From an uncultured Bacillota bacterium (GTDB lineage Bacteria > Sysuimicrobiota > Sysuimicrobiia > Sysuimicrobiales > Segetimicrobiaceae), in assembly GCA_963804645.1 (NCBI GenBank), contig CAWDRG010000022.1:32001-96000 (forward strand): DNA of 64,000 bases, given 5' to 3'. Numbering within the stretch: position 1 is the stretch's first letter; each line of letters starts with the position of its first letter. The position numbers and the translations under genes are program-made. Below, one piece after another: positions 9,797 to 22,764 of the stretch. Under the pieces are notes generated by a model that saw only the letters and a program-made list of their open reading frames with translations, was not told the DNA's origin and ran no database searches.

Positions 9797-11191
9797 TCAC
9801 TTCAGGGACGACAGGTAGTCGACCAGCGAACTGAGCTGCGCCGGCGTCAGCGTACTGAACGCGGGCATTCCCTTCGACGTCCCGTGCGTGATCGTGGTCC
9901 TCATCTGGGCCGCCGTCAGCGTGCCGCCGATGTGCGACAGATCGGGTCCGACCTTCCCCCCGGTCCCCGCGATCGTGTGGCAGTTGGCGCACCCTTGCGC
10001 CTGAAACACCTGGACGCCTGCGGCGGTCGCGGGGCTCGACGCCGCGGGGGCCGCGGCAGTGCCGGGCGGCGCCGGCGCCTGCGCGCCCACGTACGTAAAC
10101 CCGAGCACGCCCGCGACGACCAGCACCGCGCACGTCGTCGCCAGCGGCCGCCGCAAGGGGTGCCGCTGGGGGGACCGATCGTAGAACGGCAGGAACAGCA
10201 CGAGGAGCACCGCGCCGGTCACGATCAAAAAGATGTACAGCGGCTCCCAGTCTCCCTTCAGGTACCAGAGCAGCTGAAAGAAGTTCAGGAAGTACCAGTC
10301 GGGCCGCGGCACGTACGTGGTCGAGTTCGGGTTGGCCGGCTTCTCGAGCGGATTGCCGACGGCGATCGCGAGGATGGAAATCGCGGCGAACAGCACGAGC
10401 ATGAACACGGCGTCCTTCAGCACCGACAGGTAGAAGGGATGCCCCGCCTGCTTCTCCATCGCGTACTCGCGCTCGTAGCGCTCGCGCGTGGACAGCCCCG
10501 CCCCGGCGGCCCCGAGGTCGAGCGGCACCCGGCGCGGCGGCGCCGCGATCCCCTGCCGGATCACCATGAACAGATGCGCGACCACGAACAGCACCAACCC
10601 CGCCGGCAGCAGCCAGATGTGGAACCCGTAGAACCGCTGCAGCGTCATCGCGCCGATCGCCGTCCCGCCGCGCAGCAGCCGCAGCGCCCACCCGCCGACG
10701 AACGGCGCCGCCCCCGCGATGTTGGTGCCGACCGTGGTGGCCCAGTACGCCTTCTGATCGTACGGCAGCAGGTACCCCGTAAACGCGAACGCGAGCACGA
10801 TCAGCAGAAGCACGCCCCCGGTGATCCACGTCGTCTCGCGCGGATACTTGTACGCCCCGTACAGAAACGTCCGCAGCATGTGGAGGCCGATGATGACCAC
10901 CAGGAAGCTCGCCGACCACCGGTGGATGCCGCGCACAAACTGGCCGAACGGCACCGACTGCCCGATGAACTGGACGCTTTGGTAGGCGTGGTCGTCCGCC
11001 GGCGAGTAGTAGATCGTCAGAAAAATACCGGTCGCAAACTGCACCGCGAGCAGGAACAGCGTCGCGCTCCCGAACGTGTGGAACCAGCCGATCCCCTGCG
11101 GCACTTTGCGGTCCATGAAGCCCCGCCAGATCGGCGTAACTTCGAGCCGCTCATCCAACCACCCCACGACACGCTTCCACACAGGCGTCAC
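9797..11191 (-). CDS. qcrB: cytochrome b (b6 + subunit IV) fused to a C-terminal monoheme cytochrome c
   Basis: GTG overlaps the Rieske stop; IHRWSAS..LHMLR, FTGYLLPYDQKAYWA, FHI..HL, RPDWY, then CANCH and distal GMP. Confidence 0.92.
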   Translation of the reverse strand: MTPVWKRVVGWLDERLEVTPIWRGFMDRKVPQGIGWFHTFGSATLFLLAVQFATGIFLTIYYSPADDHAYQSVQFIGQSVPFGQFVRGIHRWSASFLVVIIGLHMLRTFLYGAYKYPRETTWITGGVLLLIVLAFAFTGYLLPYDQKAYWATTVGTNIAGAAPFVGGWALRLLRGGTAIGAMTLQRFYGFHIWLLPAGLVLFVVAHLFMVIRQGIAAPPRRVPLDLGAAGAGLSTRERYEREYAMEKQAGHPFYLSVLKDAVFMLVLFAAISILAIAVGNPLEKPANPNSTTYVPRPDWYFLNFFQLLWYLKGDWEPLYIFLIVTGAVLLVLFLPFYDRSPQRHPLRRPLATTCAVLVVAGVLGFTYVGAQAPAPPGTAAAPAASSPATAAGVQVFQAQGCANCHTIAGTGGKVGPDLSHIGGTLTAAQMRTTITHGTSKGMPAFSTLTPAQLSSLVDYLSSLK

Positions 11192-11784
11192 GCTCCCGAC
11201 GGGAGCAGCGCTCCCATGTACAGTGTGCCGTTCTCGACCTTCGTCGCGTACTGGTCCAGCGGGCGCGGCGGCGGCCCCGAGACGTGCTTGCCGTCGGCGT
11301 CGAAGACGCCGCCGTGGCACGGACAGAAGAACAGCTTCGCACCCGTGTTCCAGCTGACGGGGCAGCCCAGGTGGGTGCAGTGAAAGTCGAAGACCGCGGC
11401 CTGATTGCCGCTGCGCCGCACGTACACGGCGACCTGCGCGTTCTCGGTGACCCAGCCGTCCTGCACCGGCATGGCGACGGTCACCAGGGTGGGCGTCCCG
11501 TCGGGCAGCGCCGTGAGCTCGCCGACCGCGACCCACGGCACGCTCGCCTGCAGGGTCGGCGGCTCGGAGCGCCCCAGCCACCGCCACTGGTACGTGCCGC
11601 GCAGGGCCGGGCCGAAGAGGAACACCACGAGCGGCAGCCCGAGCACGACCCCGATGAACGCGGAGATGCCCGCGAGCATGCGCATGACCACCTGGCGGCG
11701 GGTCGCCGTCTCCGGCTCGGATCCGCTGGGCGATCCCCCAGCGGGGACAACAGGTTCAACACTGGACTGCGAGTGACTTGGCAC
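11188..11784 (-). CDS. qcrA: Rieske 2Fe-2S subunit of the cytochrome bc complex
   Basis: Tat-like TRRQ plus TM helix; CTHLGC and CPCHG boxes; GGAGGAGG RBS. Confidence 0.95.
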   Translation of the reverse strand: MPSHSQSSVEPVVPAGGSPSGSEPETATRRQVVMRMLAGISAFIGVVLGLPLVVFLFGPALRGTYQWRWLGRSEPPTLQASVPWVAVGELTALPDGTPTLVTVAMPVQDGWVTENAQVAVYVRRSGNQAAVFDFHCTHLGCPVSWNTGAKLFFCPCHGGVFDADGKHVSGPPPRPLDQYATKVENGTLYMGALLPSGA

Positions 11785-11877
11785 GTGCGCCTCCTCCGTG
11801 ACCTAGCGTGTCCGAAGCCGGAGCGCCGAGAACCGCGCCCCGCCGGGGCGGACCGCCCCATGGCCGTTCCCCACGCG

Positions 11878-13515
11878 TCACCAGACGCGCATCCCCGCGG
11901 CGTTCAGCTGCGTCGTCGAGATCAGGTTGATCAGCACGGGCCCGTACGCCAGCACGATCAGCAGCACCGCGAAGCCGATCCACATCCGCCAGTTGTCCAG
12001 CCACGCCGGCACCGGCGCGGCCTCGTACGGTTCGGCGATCGGCATCTCGACCGGCTGCGTCGCCTTCGCCCCGGCGAACACCGTCCCGACCACCACGATG
12101 AAGAACAGGGTGACGCTGATCCACAGAATCACCCCGCCGACCGCGCCATCCACGAGGTACGGCTTCCACGCGGCGTCCAGGTAGGTGGCCGACCCGAGCG
12201 CGACGCGGCGCGGCACGCCGTAGTCGAGGCCCACGAGATGGTAGGCGCCGGACATGATCAGCATCCCGAGGAACCACGTATACGCCTGCGCGAGCGCGAG
12301 CTTCGGCGCCCAGAGCTGGCGTCCCGTGAGGTGCGGCAGCAGCCAGTACAGGATGCCGATGAACGTCAGGGTCACCGCGGTCGCCACGGTCAGGTGGAAG
12401 TGGCCGGCTATGAACAGTGTGTTGTGCACGACGAGGTTGACGTTGTACGAGGCGTTCACCAGCCCGCCGATGCCGCCGAACGCGAACAGGATCATCGCCA
12501 GATTCTGCGCGGCGTACGACGGGTCGTGCCACGGCAGTGCGCCCATCCACGCGAACAGTCCCCGCCCGCCACGGGCGCGCGCCCCGATCTCAAGCGACGC
12601 GATCACCGTAAACGCCGTCATCATGCTCGGGAAAAACACCGCGTACGTGAGCAGCCCGTGCACGGCCTTCCACGCGGGCGAGATGCCCGGGTCGAGAAAC
12701 TGATGGTGCAGGGCGACCGGGACGGACAGCACGAGAAACAGCCAGAACGAGAGGCGCGCCAGCGGATCGCTGAACAGCTTCCCGCCCGCCTGCTTCGGCA
12801 TCATGACGTACCAGGACACGTACGCCGGCAGCAGCCAGAAGTACACGAGCGCGTGCCCGAAGAACCAGAACTCGGTCCGGGCCAGCAGCGGGTCCGTGCC
12901 GCCCAGCCACCCCACCGACCAGGGAATCAGCATCCCCAGCATCTCGGCCGCGACGCCGAGGGAGCAGATCTGCCACATCACCATCGTGATCAGCGAGGCG
13001 AGCGCGAGCAGCGGGGTGCGCTCGCCGGGGTGCTCCCGCCGCCACCGTCCGTAGGTCACGTAGTAGCCCCAGCCGGCCACCCACGACCCGACGACGACGA
13101 GGGTGAGCCCCACGTAGAACGTCCAGTGCGCCTTCATGGGGGGATAAAACGTGTAGAGCACCGTCGCGTTGTTGGTGAGGAGCGCCCAGGCGGTGAGCGC
13201 GGTGCCGACGACCATCAGGACGAACCCGACGACGTTGAGCCACGGCGCGTCGAGAGGCCGACGGAGCCCGTAGGTCACGGTCAGCGTAAAGAACCCGATG
13301 ATGAAGAACGTCGTCCACACGAGCGCGTTGAACACGCCGTGGATCGACAACCCCTGATAGTACGAGATCCCGCCGGTCGCCGACGGATACAGGTTGACCC
13401 CCGCGTGCTCCAGGGTCTGCAGCGGGCCGAACCACGTGCCGACGGCGAGCGCGACCAGCGCCACGCCGATGTTCCAGGAGGCCAGGGCCCGCTCGCGGGC
13501 GAACATCGTCTGCAT
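11878..13515 (-). CDS. cbaA: B-type (ba3-like) heme-copper oxidase subunit I
   Basis: YYQGLSIHGV, LYTFYPPM.AH, FWFFGHALVY (H-x3-Y), LHHQF, HNT, GHFHLT, GVPRR. Confidence 0.93.
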   Translation of the reverse strand: MQTMFARERALASWNIGVALVALAVGTWFGPLQTLEHAGVNLYPSATGGISYYQGLSIHGVFNALVWTTFFIIGFFTLTVTYGLRRPLDAPWLNVVGFVLMVVGTALTAWALLTNNATVLYTFYPPMKAHWTFYVGLTLVVVGSWVAGWGYYVTYGRWRREHPGERTPLLALASLITMVMWQICSLGVAAEMLGMLIPWSVGWLGGTDPLLARTEFWFFGHALVYFWLLPAYVSWYVMMPKQAGGKLFSDPLARLSFWLFLVLSVPVALHHQFLDPGISPAWKAVHGLLTYAVFFPSMMTAFTVIASLEIGARARGGRGLFAWMGALPWHDPSYAAQNLAMILFAFGGIGGLVNASYNVNLVVHNTLFIAGHFHLTVATAVTLTFIGILYWLLPHLTGRQLWAPKLALAQAYTWFLGMLIMSGAYHLVGLDYGVPRRVALGSATYLDAAWKPYLVDGAVGGVILWISVTLFFIVVVGTVFAGAKATQPVEMPIAEPYEAAPVPAWLDNWRMWIGFAVLLIVLAYGPVLINLISTTQLNAAGMRVW

Positions 13516-13520
13516 CCCCC

Positions 13521-14000
13521 CTACCTCGCCGGGTCGACGATGATGCGGCCGGCCATCGTCTGATGGTTCAGCCCGCAGTATTCGTCGCACCAAAACGGGT
13601 ACGTGCCCGCCTTCCGAAACGTCGCCGTCAGGTCAGACACCTGGCCGGGCAGCACCATCATGTGGATGTTCGTGCCTGCCACGTAAAAGCCGTGCTGCAC
13701 GTCCTGGCTGGTCAGGTGAAACGTGACCGTGGAGCCCTGAGGGACATGGATCTCATTGGGGAAAAACGTCCAGATCTGCGCGCGGATGTACGCTTCGTAG
13801 CGCCCCGGCCCGAGCTGCCGCAGGCCGGGCGACGCGAACGGGCCGGCCGACCCGACGGTCGCGGGGTTGACCCGCACGGAGACCCCCGGGACCTCGATCC
13901 CGCCCACGATCGCCGTGACGGCGATGGCGACGACGAAGATGACCAGCATGATGCCCGTGGCCCAGAGCCAGCGCTGCTCGTAGCGGTCGAGGTGCATCAT
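13521..14000 (-). CDS. cbaB: ba3-type oxidase subunit II (CuA)
   Basis: Single TM helix; DVQHGF and CDEYCGLNHQTM CuA motif. Confidence 0.93.
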   Translation of the reverse strand: MMHLDRYEQRWLWATGIMLVIFVVAIAVTAIVGGIEVPGVSVRVNPATVGSAGPFASPGLRQLGPGRYEAYIRAQIWTFFPNEIHVPQGSTVTFHLTSQDVQHGFYVAGTNIHMMVLPGQVSDLTATFRKAGTYPFWCDEYCGLNHQTMAGRIIVDPAR

Positions 14001-14149
14001 TGCGTCGTCCCCCGGCTGAGCATCACGAAGTAGATGCCCCCCCACGAGAGGATGATCAGCAGCATGTACACCGCGAGCAGCGCCACCGTGCCCTGCGGCG
14101 CGTGGTACCCGTCGTCACCCGGCTGCGGTCGTGGATGGTTGTCGTTCAT
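13997..14149 (-). CDS. cbaD: ba3-type oxidase subunit IIa (50 aa; absent from the ORF track)
   Basis: GAGG RBS; MNDNH...PQGTVALLAVYMLLIILSWGGIYFVMLSRGTTQ*; stop overlaps the cbaB ATG; matches the PxGT..W..Y..RG pattern. Confidence 0.85.
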   Translation of the reverse strand: MNDNHPRPQPGDDGYHAPQGTVALLAVYMLLIILSWGGIYFVMLSRGTTQ

Positions 14150-14230
14150 ACGGTCCTCGTCACCCGGGCACACCTCGAGCCAGACGGCTGCTGCTGCATC
14201 GAGTCCCTCCCCTGTCGATCGAGTGACGTC

Positions 14231-17439
<3,209 letters not shown>

Positions 17440-17443
<4 letters not shown>

Positions 17444-17709
17444 GTCGGGAGGAGCGGCTGCGGAAACACCTCGAGGTGCAGGAACACCGGCTCAAGAGGG
17501 CCGAGCAGGCCCGCGGGACGCTTCTGTCTCGGGCGCTCTACGTCGGCACGGTGGGCCTGCTCTTGGTGCTGCCGCCCGTGGCGGGCGCGTACCTCGGGAA
17601 TTGGCTCGACCGGCGCGCCGGCGCCTACTCCGTCCAATGGACGATCTCGCTGATCCTGCTCGGCCTCGGAGTCGGCGTGTTCAATGTGTACCGGTTGATC
17701 AAGGAGTAG
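17440..17709 (+). CDS. atpQ: AtpQ (AtpZ/AtpI-family) membrane subunit
   Basis: GTG overlaps the atpC stop; two TM helices with GAYLGNWLD and WTISLILLG. Confidence 0.85.
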
Positions 17710-17712
17710 CCT

Positions 17713-18405
17713 ATGCTGAGCGGCGCGCTCACGGCCACCGTGGTGTTCCAGCTCGGACCGCTCCAAGTGACGAGCACGACGGTCACCACCTGGGTGATCA
17801 TGCTCGTGTGCGGGCTGCTCGCGTGGGCCGGCAGCCGGCGGCTGCGGATGGCGCCGGGCCTGTTCCAGACCGCTGTCGAGGCGGTCGTCGCCCTGATGGA
17901 AGACCAGATCCGCCAGGTCGCCCCGCAGCTCACGTCCGAGCTCCTGCCATTTATCGGCACGCTGTGGATCTTTCTCCTCGTCGCGAACCTCAGCGGCCTG
18001 CTGCCCGGCGTCGCGTCGCCGACCCAGGACCTCTCGCTGACCGCGGCGCTGGCGGTCGTCGTCTTCCTGTCGGTGCATTGGTTCGGCATCCGGACGCGCG
18101 GCGCCGCGGCGTATTTCCGCCACTATCTCAAGCCGACGCCCCTGCTGCTGCCGTTCGAGCTCATCAGCGAAGTCACGCGGACGGTCTCCCTCGCCGTCCG
18201 GCTGTTCGGCAACATGATGAGCCTGGAGCTGACGGCGCTGCTGGTCCTGTTTGTGGCGGGGTTTCTCGTGCCCATTCCCATTCTGATGCTCCACATCGTG
18301 GAAGCCCTGGTGCAGGCGTACATCTTCGGGATGTTGGCGCTAATCTACGTCGCCGGCGGCCTGGAAGCGCAGGCCGAACGGCAGACCGAAAGGAGTCAGC
18401 CATGA
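17713..18405 (+). CDS. atpB: N-type ATPase subunit a
   Basis: PTQDLS, SLAVRLFGN (essential Arg), LVQAYIF. Confidence 0.95.
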   Translation: MLSGALTATVVFQLGPLQVTSTTVTTWVIMLVCGLLAWAGSRRLRMAPGLFQTAVEAVVALMEDQIRQVAPQLTSELLPFIGTLWIFLLVANLSGLLPGVASPTQDLSLTAALAVVVFLSVHWFGIRTRGAAAYFRHYLKPTPLLLPFELISEVTRTVSLAVRLFGNMMSLELTALLVLFVAGFLVPIPILMLHIVEALVQAYIFGMLALIYVAGGLEAQAERQTERSQP

Positions 18406-18668
18406 CTGGCCTCAGCTGGATGGCGGTCGTATCGACGGTGGCGGCGATTCTGGGGATGGCGATCGGCGTGATCGGGCCCGCGCTGGGCATGGGCCGCGCC
18501 ATCAGCAGCGCGCTCGATGCGATCGCGCGGCAGCCCGAGTCGGAGGCGACCGTGATGCGCCTGCTGTTCATCGGGCTCGCGATGATCGAGTCGCTCGCCA
18601 TCTATTGTCTGGTCATCGTCCTCATCATCTTGTTCCGCAATCCACTGTTCGCGTACCTGGTGAAGTAG
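18402..18668 (+). CDS. atpE: N-type ATPase subunit c
   Basis: AAGGAG RBS; ARQPE loop; AMIESLAIY; LFRNP tail. Confidence 0.95.
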   Translation: MTGLSWMAVVSTVAAILGMAIGVIGPALGMGRAISSALDAIARQPESEATVMRLLFIGLAMIESLAIYCLVIVLIILFRNPLFAYLVK

Positions 18669-18784
18669 GCGGGAGCCCGGATGATGTTCACCCGACATCG
18701 TCGCGGCGACGAACGCGGACAGGTCCCGGCGTCCTCCGGCGCTCGGTCCGGAGGCATCCGGGGGGACACACGGGGGCGATCGCG

Positions 18785-19528
18785 GTGCAGCTGAACGGGT
18801 CCACGTTTGTGCTGGAGATCATCAACTTCCTGATCCTCGTCTGGATTCTCCAGCATTTCCTGTATAAGCCGGTCCTCAACCTCGTGGCCCGACGGCGCGC
18901 CGCCGTGGAGCAGATGGTCGCGGACGCGCACGCGCTCCAGCAGGACGCCGACGCCTTGAAACGCCAGTACGAGGCCCGCGCGGCGCAGTGGGCAGCGGAA
19001 CACGAGGCGGCCCGCGCCGCCCTCGCAGACGAGATCGCCGCCGAGCGGGCGAGGCAGCTCGGCCACGTCCGCGCCGAACTCGAGCAGGAGCGGCAGCGGG
19101 CGGACGCGCTGGAGCAGCGCCGGATGGAAGCGCTCCGGAGGCGGCTGGAGCAGGCCGCCGTCGAGACCGGGGCCCAGTTCGCGGCGCGCCTGCTCCGCGC
19201 CGCGGCCGCGCCCGAGCTGGAACAGCGTCTGATCACCCTGCTACTCGAGGGTCTCCCGACGCTCCCGGCGGAGCAGCGAGACGGCCTGCGCGCCGCGGCA
19301 GCGGCCGCACACGACGTGGCCGTCGTGACCGCCTATCCGCTGGACGACGGCACGCGCCGGTCGATGGAGCGCGCGTTCGAGACGGCGTTGGGCGCGGCGG
19401 CGGCGTTCCGGTACGCTGAGGACCGCGCGCTAGGGGCCGGGGCCCGCGTCACGATCGGCCCGTGGGTCCTGCGCGCGAATCTTGAGGACGACCTGGCGGC
19501 GTTTGCGGAGTTCGCCCATGGCGCCTGA
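18785..19528 (+). CDS. atpF: N-type ATPase subunit b with fused delta-like C-terminus
   Basis: [25 protein letters not shown], long coiled coil, delta-like 'VVTAYPL...LGAG'. Confidence 0.92.
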   Translation: MQLNGSTFVLEIINFLILVWILQHFLYKPVLNLVARRRAAVEQMVADAHALQQDADALKRQYEARAAQWAAEHEAARAALADEIAAERARQLGHVRAELEQERQRADALEQRRMEALRRRLEQAAVETGAQFAARLLRAAAAPELEQRLITLLLEGLPTLPAEQRDGLRAAAAAAHDVAVVTAYPLDDGTRRSMERAFETALGAAAAFRYAEDRALGAGARVTIGPWVLRANLEDDLAAFAEFAHGA

Positions 19529-21011
19529 TACGGCGGCGACCGGTCCCCTCGAGACGCAGCGGGCCTGGCTGGCCACGTACGCGCCGGGGCTCCGCGTGGC
19601 GGAGCAGGGCACCGTGGTGTCCGTGGGCGACGGGATCGCGTGGATCGCAGGCCTGCCGTCGGCCACCCTGAACGGCGTGCTCGAACTGGAACACGGGGGC
19701 CAGGCGATGGTCTTCGACCTGAGCGACCGCATGGTCGGCGCCGTGATCCTGCGGGACAGCGGCACCATCACCTCGGGCACCACGGTCCGGCAGACGCGCG
19801 GCCGGCTCGCGATGCCGGTCTGTCCCGAGCTGCTCGGGCGGATCGTCGACCCGCTCGGAAGTCCGCTCGACGGCGGGATCCCACTCACCCCGACGGCCTG
19901 GCAGCCGCTCGAAGCCGCCTCGCCACCGATCGTGGCCCGCGATTTCGTCCGCCGGCCGCTGTACACCGGCATCAAGGTCATCGATACGCTGATCCCGATC
20001 GGCAAAGGCCAGCGGCAGCTGATCATCGGCGACGGGGGCCTGGGACGCACGTCGGTGGCCTTGGACGCGGTGATCCACCAACGGGGACAGGCGGTCCGCT
20101 GCGTCTACGTCCTGGTCGGGCAGAAGCGGTCGACCGTCGTGAACGTCGTCGAGACGCTGCGCGCGCACCGCGCCTTGGAGTTCACTACCGTCGTCGCCGC
20201 CGAGGCGAGCGCGCTGCCGGGCCTGCAGCACCTCGCCCCGTTTGCGGGATGCGCCGTCGCGGAGTACTGGATGCAGCAGGGCTACGACACCCTGGTCGTC
20301 TACGACGACCTCGCAACCCACGCGAAGCTCTACCGCGAACTGTCGCTGCTGCTGCGCCACCCGCCGGGACGCGAGGCGTACCCGGGCGACATCTTCTCGA
20401 TCCACGCGGGCCTGCTCGAGCGGGCGACGTGCCTGAACGCCGAGCACGGCGGGGGCAGCATGACGGCTCTGCCGATCGTCGAAACGCTGCAGGGGGAGAT
20501 CGCGGCGTACATCCCGACGAACCTGATCTCCATCACCGACGGGCAGGTGTATCTCGACCGGCGGCTCTTCGCGAGCGGCGTCCGCCCGGCGATCGACATC
20601 GCGAAGTCCGTCTCCCGCATCGGCGGACAGGCGCAGCATCCCCGCATCAAAGGCGAGGCGGGCCGGATGAAGCTCGACTATCTCCAGTTTCTCGAGCTCG
20701 AGGTGTTTACGCAGTTCGGCGCGCGCCTCGAAGCGTCGATGGAGGCCGCGATCCGCCGCGGCCGCGTGCTGCGGGAGATCCTGAAGCAGGACCGCCTGTC
20801 GCCGGTGCCCATCGAGTCTCAAATGGCATGGCTGGTGGCGTTCAACGAAGGCTTGCTCGACGACGTGGAGCTTGCGGACGTCGCGGGGCGCCTGGACGCG
20901 CTACAGCGCGGCGTCGAGCAGGCGTCCCTCACCGTCGACAGTCCGCGGTCCGAATGGGTCGCGGCCGTCACCCGCACGCTCGGCGGCGCGCCGCGGCCCG
21001 CCGCACCATGA
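19518..21011 (+). CDS. atpA: N-type ATPase alpha subunit
   Basis: [50 protein letters not shown]. Confidence 0.96.
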   Translation: MAPDTAATGPLETQRAWLATYAPGLRVAEQGTVVSVGDGIAWIAGLPSATLNGVLELEHGGQAMVFDLSDRMVGAVILRDSGTITSGTTVRQTRGRLAMPVCPELLGRIVDPLGSPLDGGIPLTPTAWQPLEAASPPIVARDFVRRPLYTGIKVIDTLIPIGKGQRQLIIGDGGLGRTSVALDAVIHQRGQAVRCVYVLVGQKRSTVVNVVETLRAHRALEFTTVVAAEASALPGLQHLAPFAGCAVAEYWMQQGYDTLVVYDDLATHAKLYRELSLLLRHPPGREAYPGDIFSIHAGLLERATCLNAEHGGGSMTALPIVETLQGEIAAYIPTNLISITDGQVYLDRRLFASGVRPAIDIAKSVSRIGGQAQHPRIKGEAGRMKLDYLQFLELEVFTQFGARLEASMEAAIRRGRVLREILKQDRLSPVPIESQMAWLVAFNEGLLDDVELADVAGRLDALQRGVEQASLTVDSPRSEWVAAVTRTLGGAPRPAAP

Positions 21012-21880
21012 GCCGCCGCCGCGAGCTGGAACGCCGCTGCCGCACGCTCGGCGAGATTCGCAACATCATGGACTCGATGAAGACGCTGGCCTACCTGGAG
21101 ACGCGAAAGCTGACTCGGTTTCTGGCGGCGCAACGCGCCGTCGTCGCGCACCAGCGGGCGGTGGCCGACGACCTGCTCGCCCACTACCCCGAGACGCTTG
21201 CGCCGGCGGTGCCGTCACTCTCGGTCTACGTGCTGATCGGCTCGGAACGCGGGTTCTGCGGCAGCTTCAACCAGACGATCCTGACGGCATGGGACGCGGT
21301 TGCCGAGACGGCGGGCGGCGCGGCGGTGGTCCTGCCGGTGGGACGCCGGCTGTGCGCGCATCTGGAAGGCTCGCCTCGCGCGGCCGCGTTCGTGGCGGGC
21401 GCCGCCTCGGTGGACGAGGTGCCGGACACGCTCAACCGGATCACCGACGCGCTGGCGTCGCTGCAGGCGCGCCACGGCGGCCTCGCGGTGACGGCCGTCT
21501 ACCACGATCCGGACCTCACGGAGGTCGCGATCGAACGGTTGCTGCCGCCGTTTGGCGCTCCGGAGGTCCGCCGCCGGCGGTTCGCGTGCCCCCCGATGCT
21601 AACGCTGCCGCCCGACGCGTTCCTGGCCGCGCTCGTGGACGAGTACCTGTTTGCCACGCTGCACCAACTTCTCTATCTCTCGCTGATGGCCGAGAACCTC
21701 CGGCGAACGCAGCACCTGGATGGCGCCGTGCGGCACCTAGACGATGAGACCGCGGCCCTGCAGCGCCGGGTGAACGCCGCGCGCCAGCAGGAGATCATCG
21801 AGGAGATTGAAGTCATTCTGCTCAGCGCCGGCCAGACGGAGGGCCCGCTGCCGGGCCGTCCGGGCGACGCGCGCAAGTAG
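21008..21880 (+). CDS. atpG: N-type ATPase gamma subunit
   Basis: [35 protein letters not shown]. Confidence 0.93.
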   Translation: MSRRRELERRCRTLGEIRNIMDSMKTLAYLETRKLTRFLAAQRAVVAHQRAVADDLLAHYPETLAPAVPSLSVYVLIGSERGFCGSFNQTILTAWDAVAETAGGAAVVLPVGRRLCAHLEGSPRAAAFVAGAASVDEVPDTLNRITDALASLQARHGGLAVTAVYHDPDLTEVAIERLLPPFGAPEVRRRRFACPPMLTLPPDAFLAALVDEYLFATLHQLLYLSLMAENLRRTQHLDGAVRHLDDETAALQRRVNAARQQEIIEEIEVILLSAGQTEGPLPGRPGDARK

Positions 21881-21906
21881 CGTGCCTGCGAGGGTGCCCC
21901 GAGCGT

Positions 21907-22758
21907 TCACGCGAGGTGCGCGCGGTATCGTGCCCCGATCAGTGCCAAAACGTCGTCGCCCGCCATCGCGTGAATCTCTCGATTGAAGATCTCCACCTCG
22001 ATGGGGCCGGCGTACCCGGCGGCATCGACCGCCCGCCGCAGACGCCGGAGTTCGATGACGCCGTCCCCCATCATCCCGCGTCCGAACAGGACGTCGGGAA
22101 GCGGGGTGATCCAGTCGCTCACGTGAAAGCCGAAGATCCTGGCGCCGGCGCGGGCGATCTCCGCGTACACGGCGGGGTCCCACCAGATGTGATAGACGTC
22201 GGCGAGGACCCCGACCCGGCCCGGCTGGAATCGCTCCGCCAGCGTCGTCGCCTCGGCCAGGGTGGTGATGACCGACCGGTCCGCGGCGAACATCGGGTGG
22301 AGCGGCTCAACCGCGAGCCGGACCCCAGCGGCGGACGCGTCGGGGACGAGCGCCGCGACCGCGTCGCCCACCATCCGCCGGGCCGCGTCCAGGTCGCGGT
22401 CGGGCGCGGGCCCGCAGACGAGCACCAGGGTGTCCGTGCCGAGCGCGTGCGCTGCTTCGAGCGCACGCCGGTTGTCGTCGATGCGGCGCTGCCGCTCGGC
22501 GTGCGTCGCCGCGGGAAACCAGCCCCCGCGGCACAAGCTGGACACGACCACCCCGGCGTCGCGCGCCGCGCGGGCGGCGGCGTCGACCCCGCACTCCGCC
22601 ACCGGCTCCCGCCACAGCCCGATGTGACGGATTCCGTGCCGCGCACACCCTTCCACCGCCTCGCGGACGGTCCACCCGGGCACCGTCATCTGGTTGAGAC
22701 TCAGGCGATCGGCCGGGCCGACCGGTCCCTCCCCCGTCCGCGCGTCGGATGGGATCAC
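21907..22758 (-). CDS. sugar phosphate isomerase/epimerase (xylose-isomerase-like TIM barrel)
   Basis: LSLNQMT, SLCRGGWF, LAVEPLHPM, DVYH, FHVSDW, EVEIFN. Confidence 0.9.
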   Translation of the reverse strand: MIPSDARTGEGPVGPADRLSLNQMTVPGWTVREAVEGCARHGIRHIGLWREPVAECGVDAAARAARDAGVVVSSLCRGGWFPAATHAERQRRIDDNRRALEAAHALGTDTLVLVCGPAPDRDLDAARRMVGDAVAALVPDASAAGVRLAVEPLHPMFAADRSVITTLAEATTLAERFQPGRVGVLADVYHIWWDPAVYAEIARAGARIFGFHVSDWITPLPDVLFGRGMMGDGVIELRRLRRAVDAAGYAGPIEVEIFNREIHAMAGDDVLALIGARYRAHLA

Positions 22759-22764
22759 GACACG

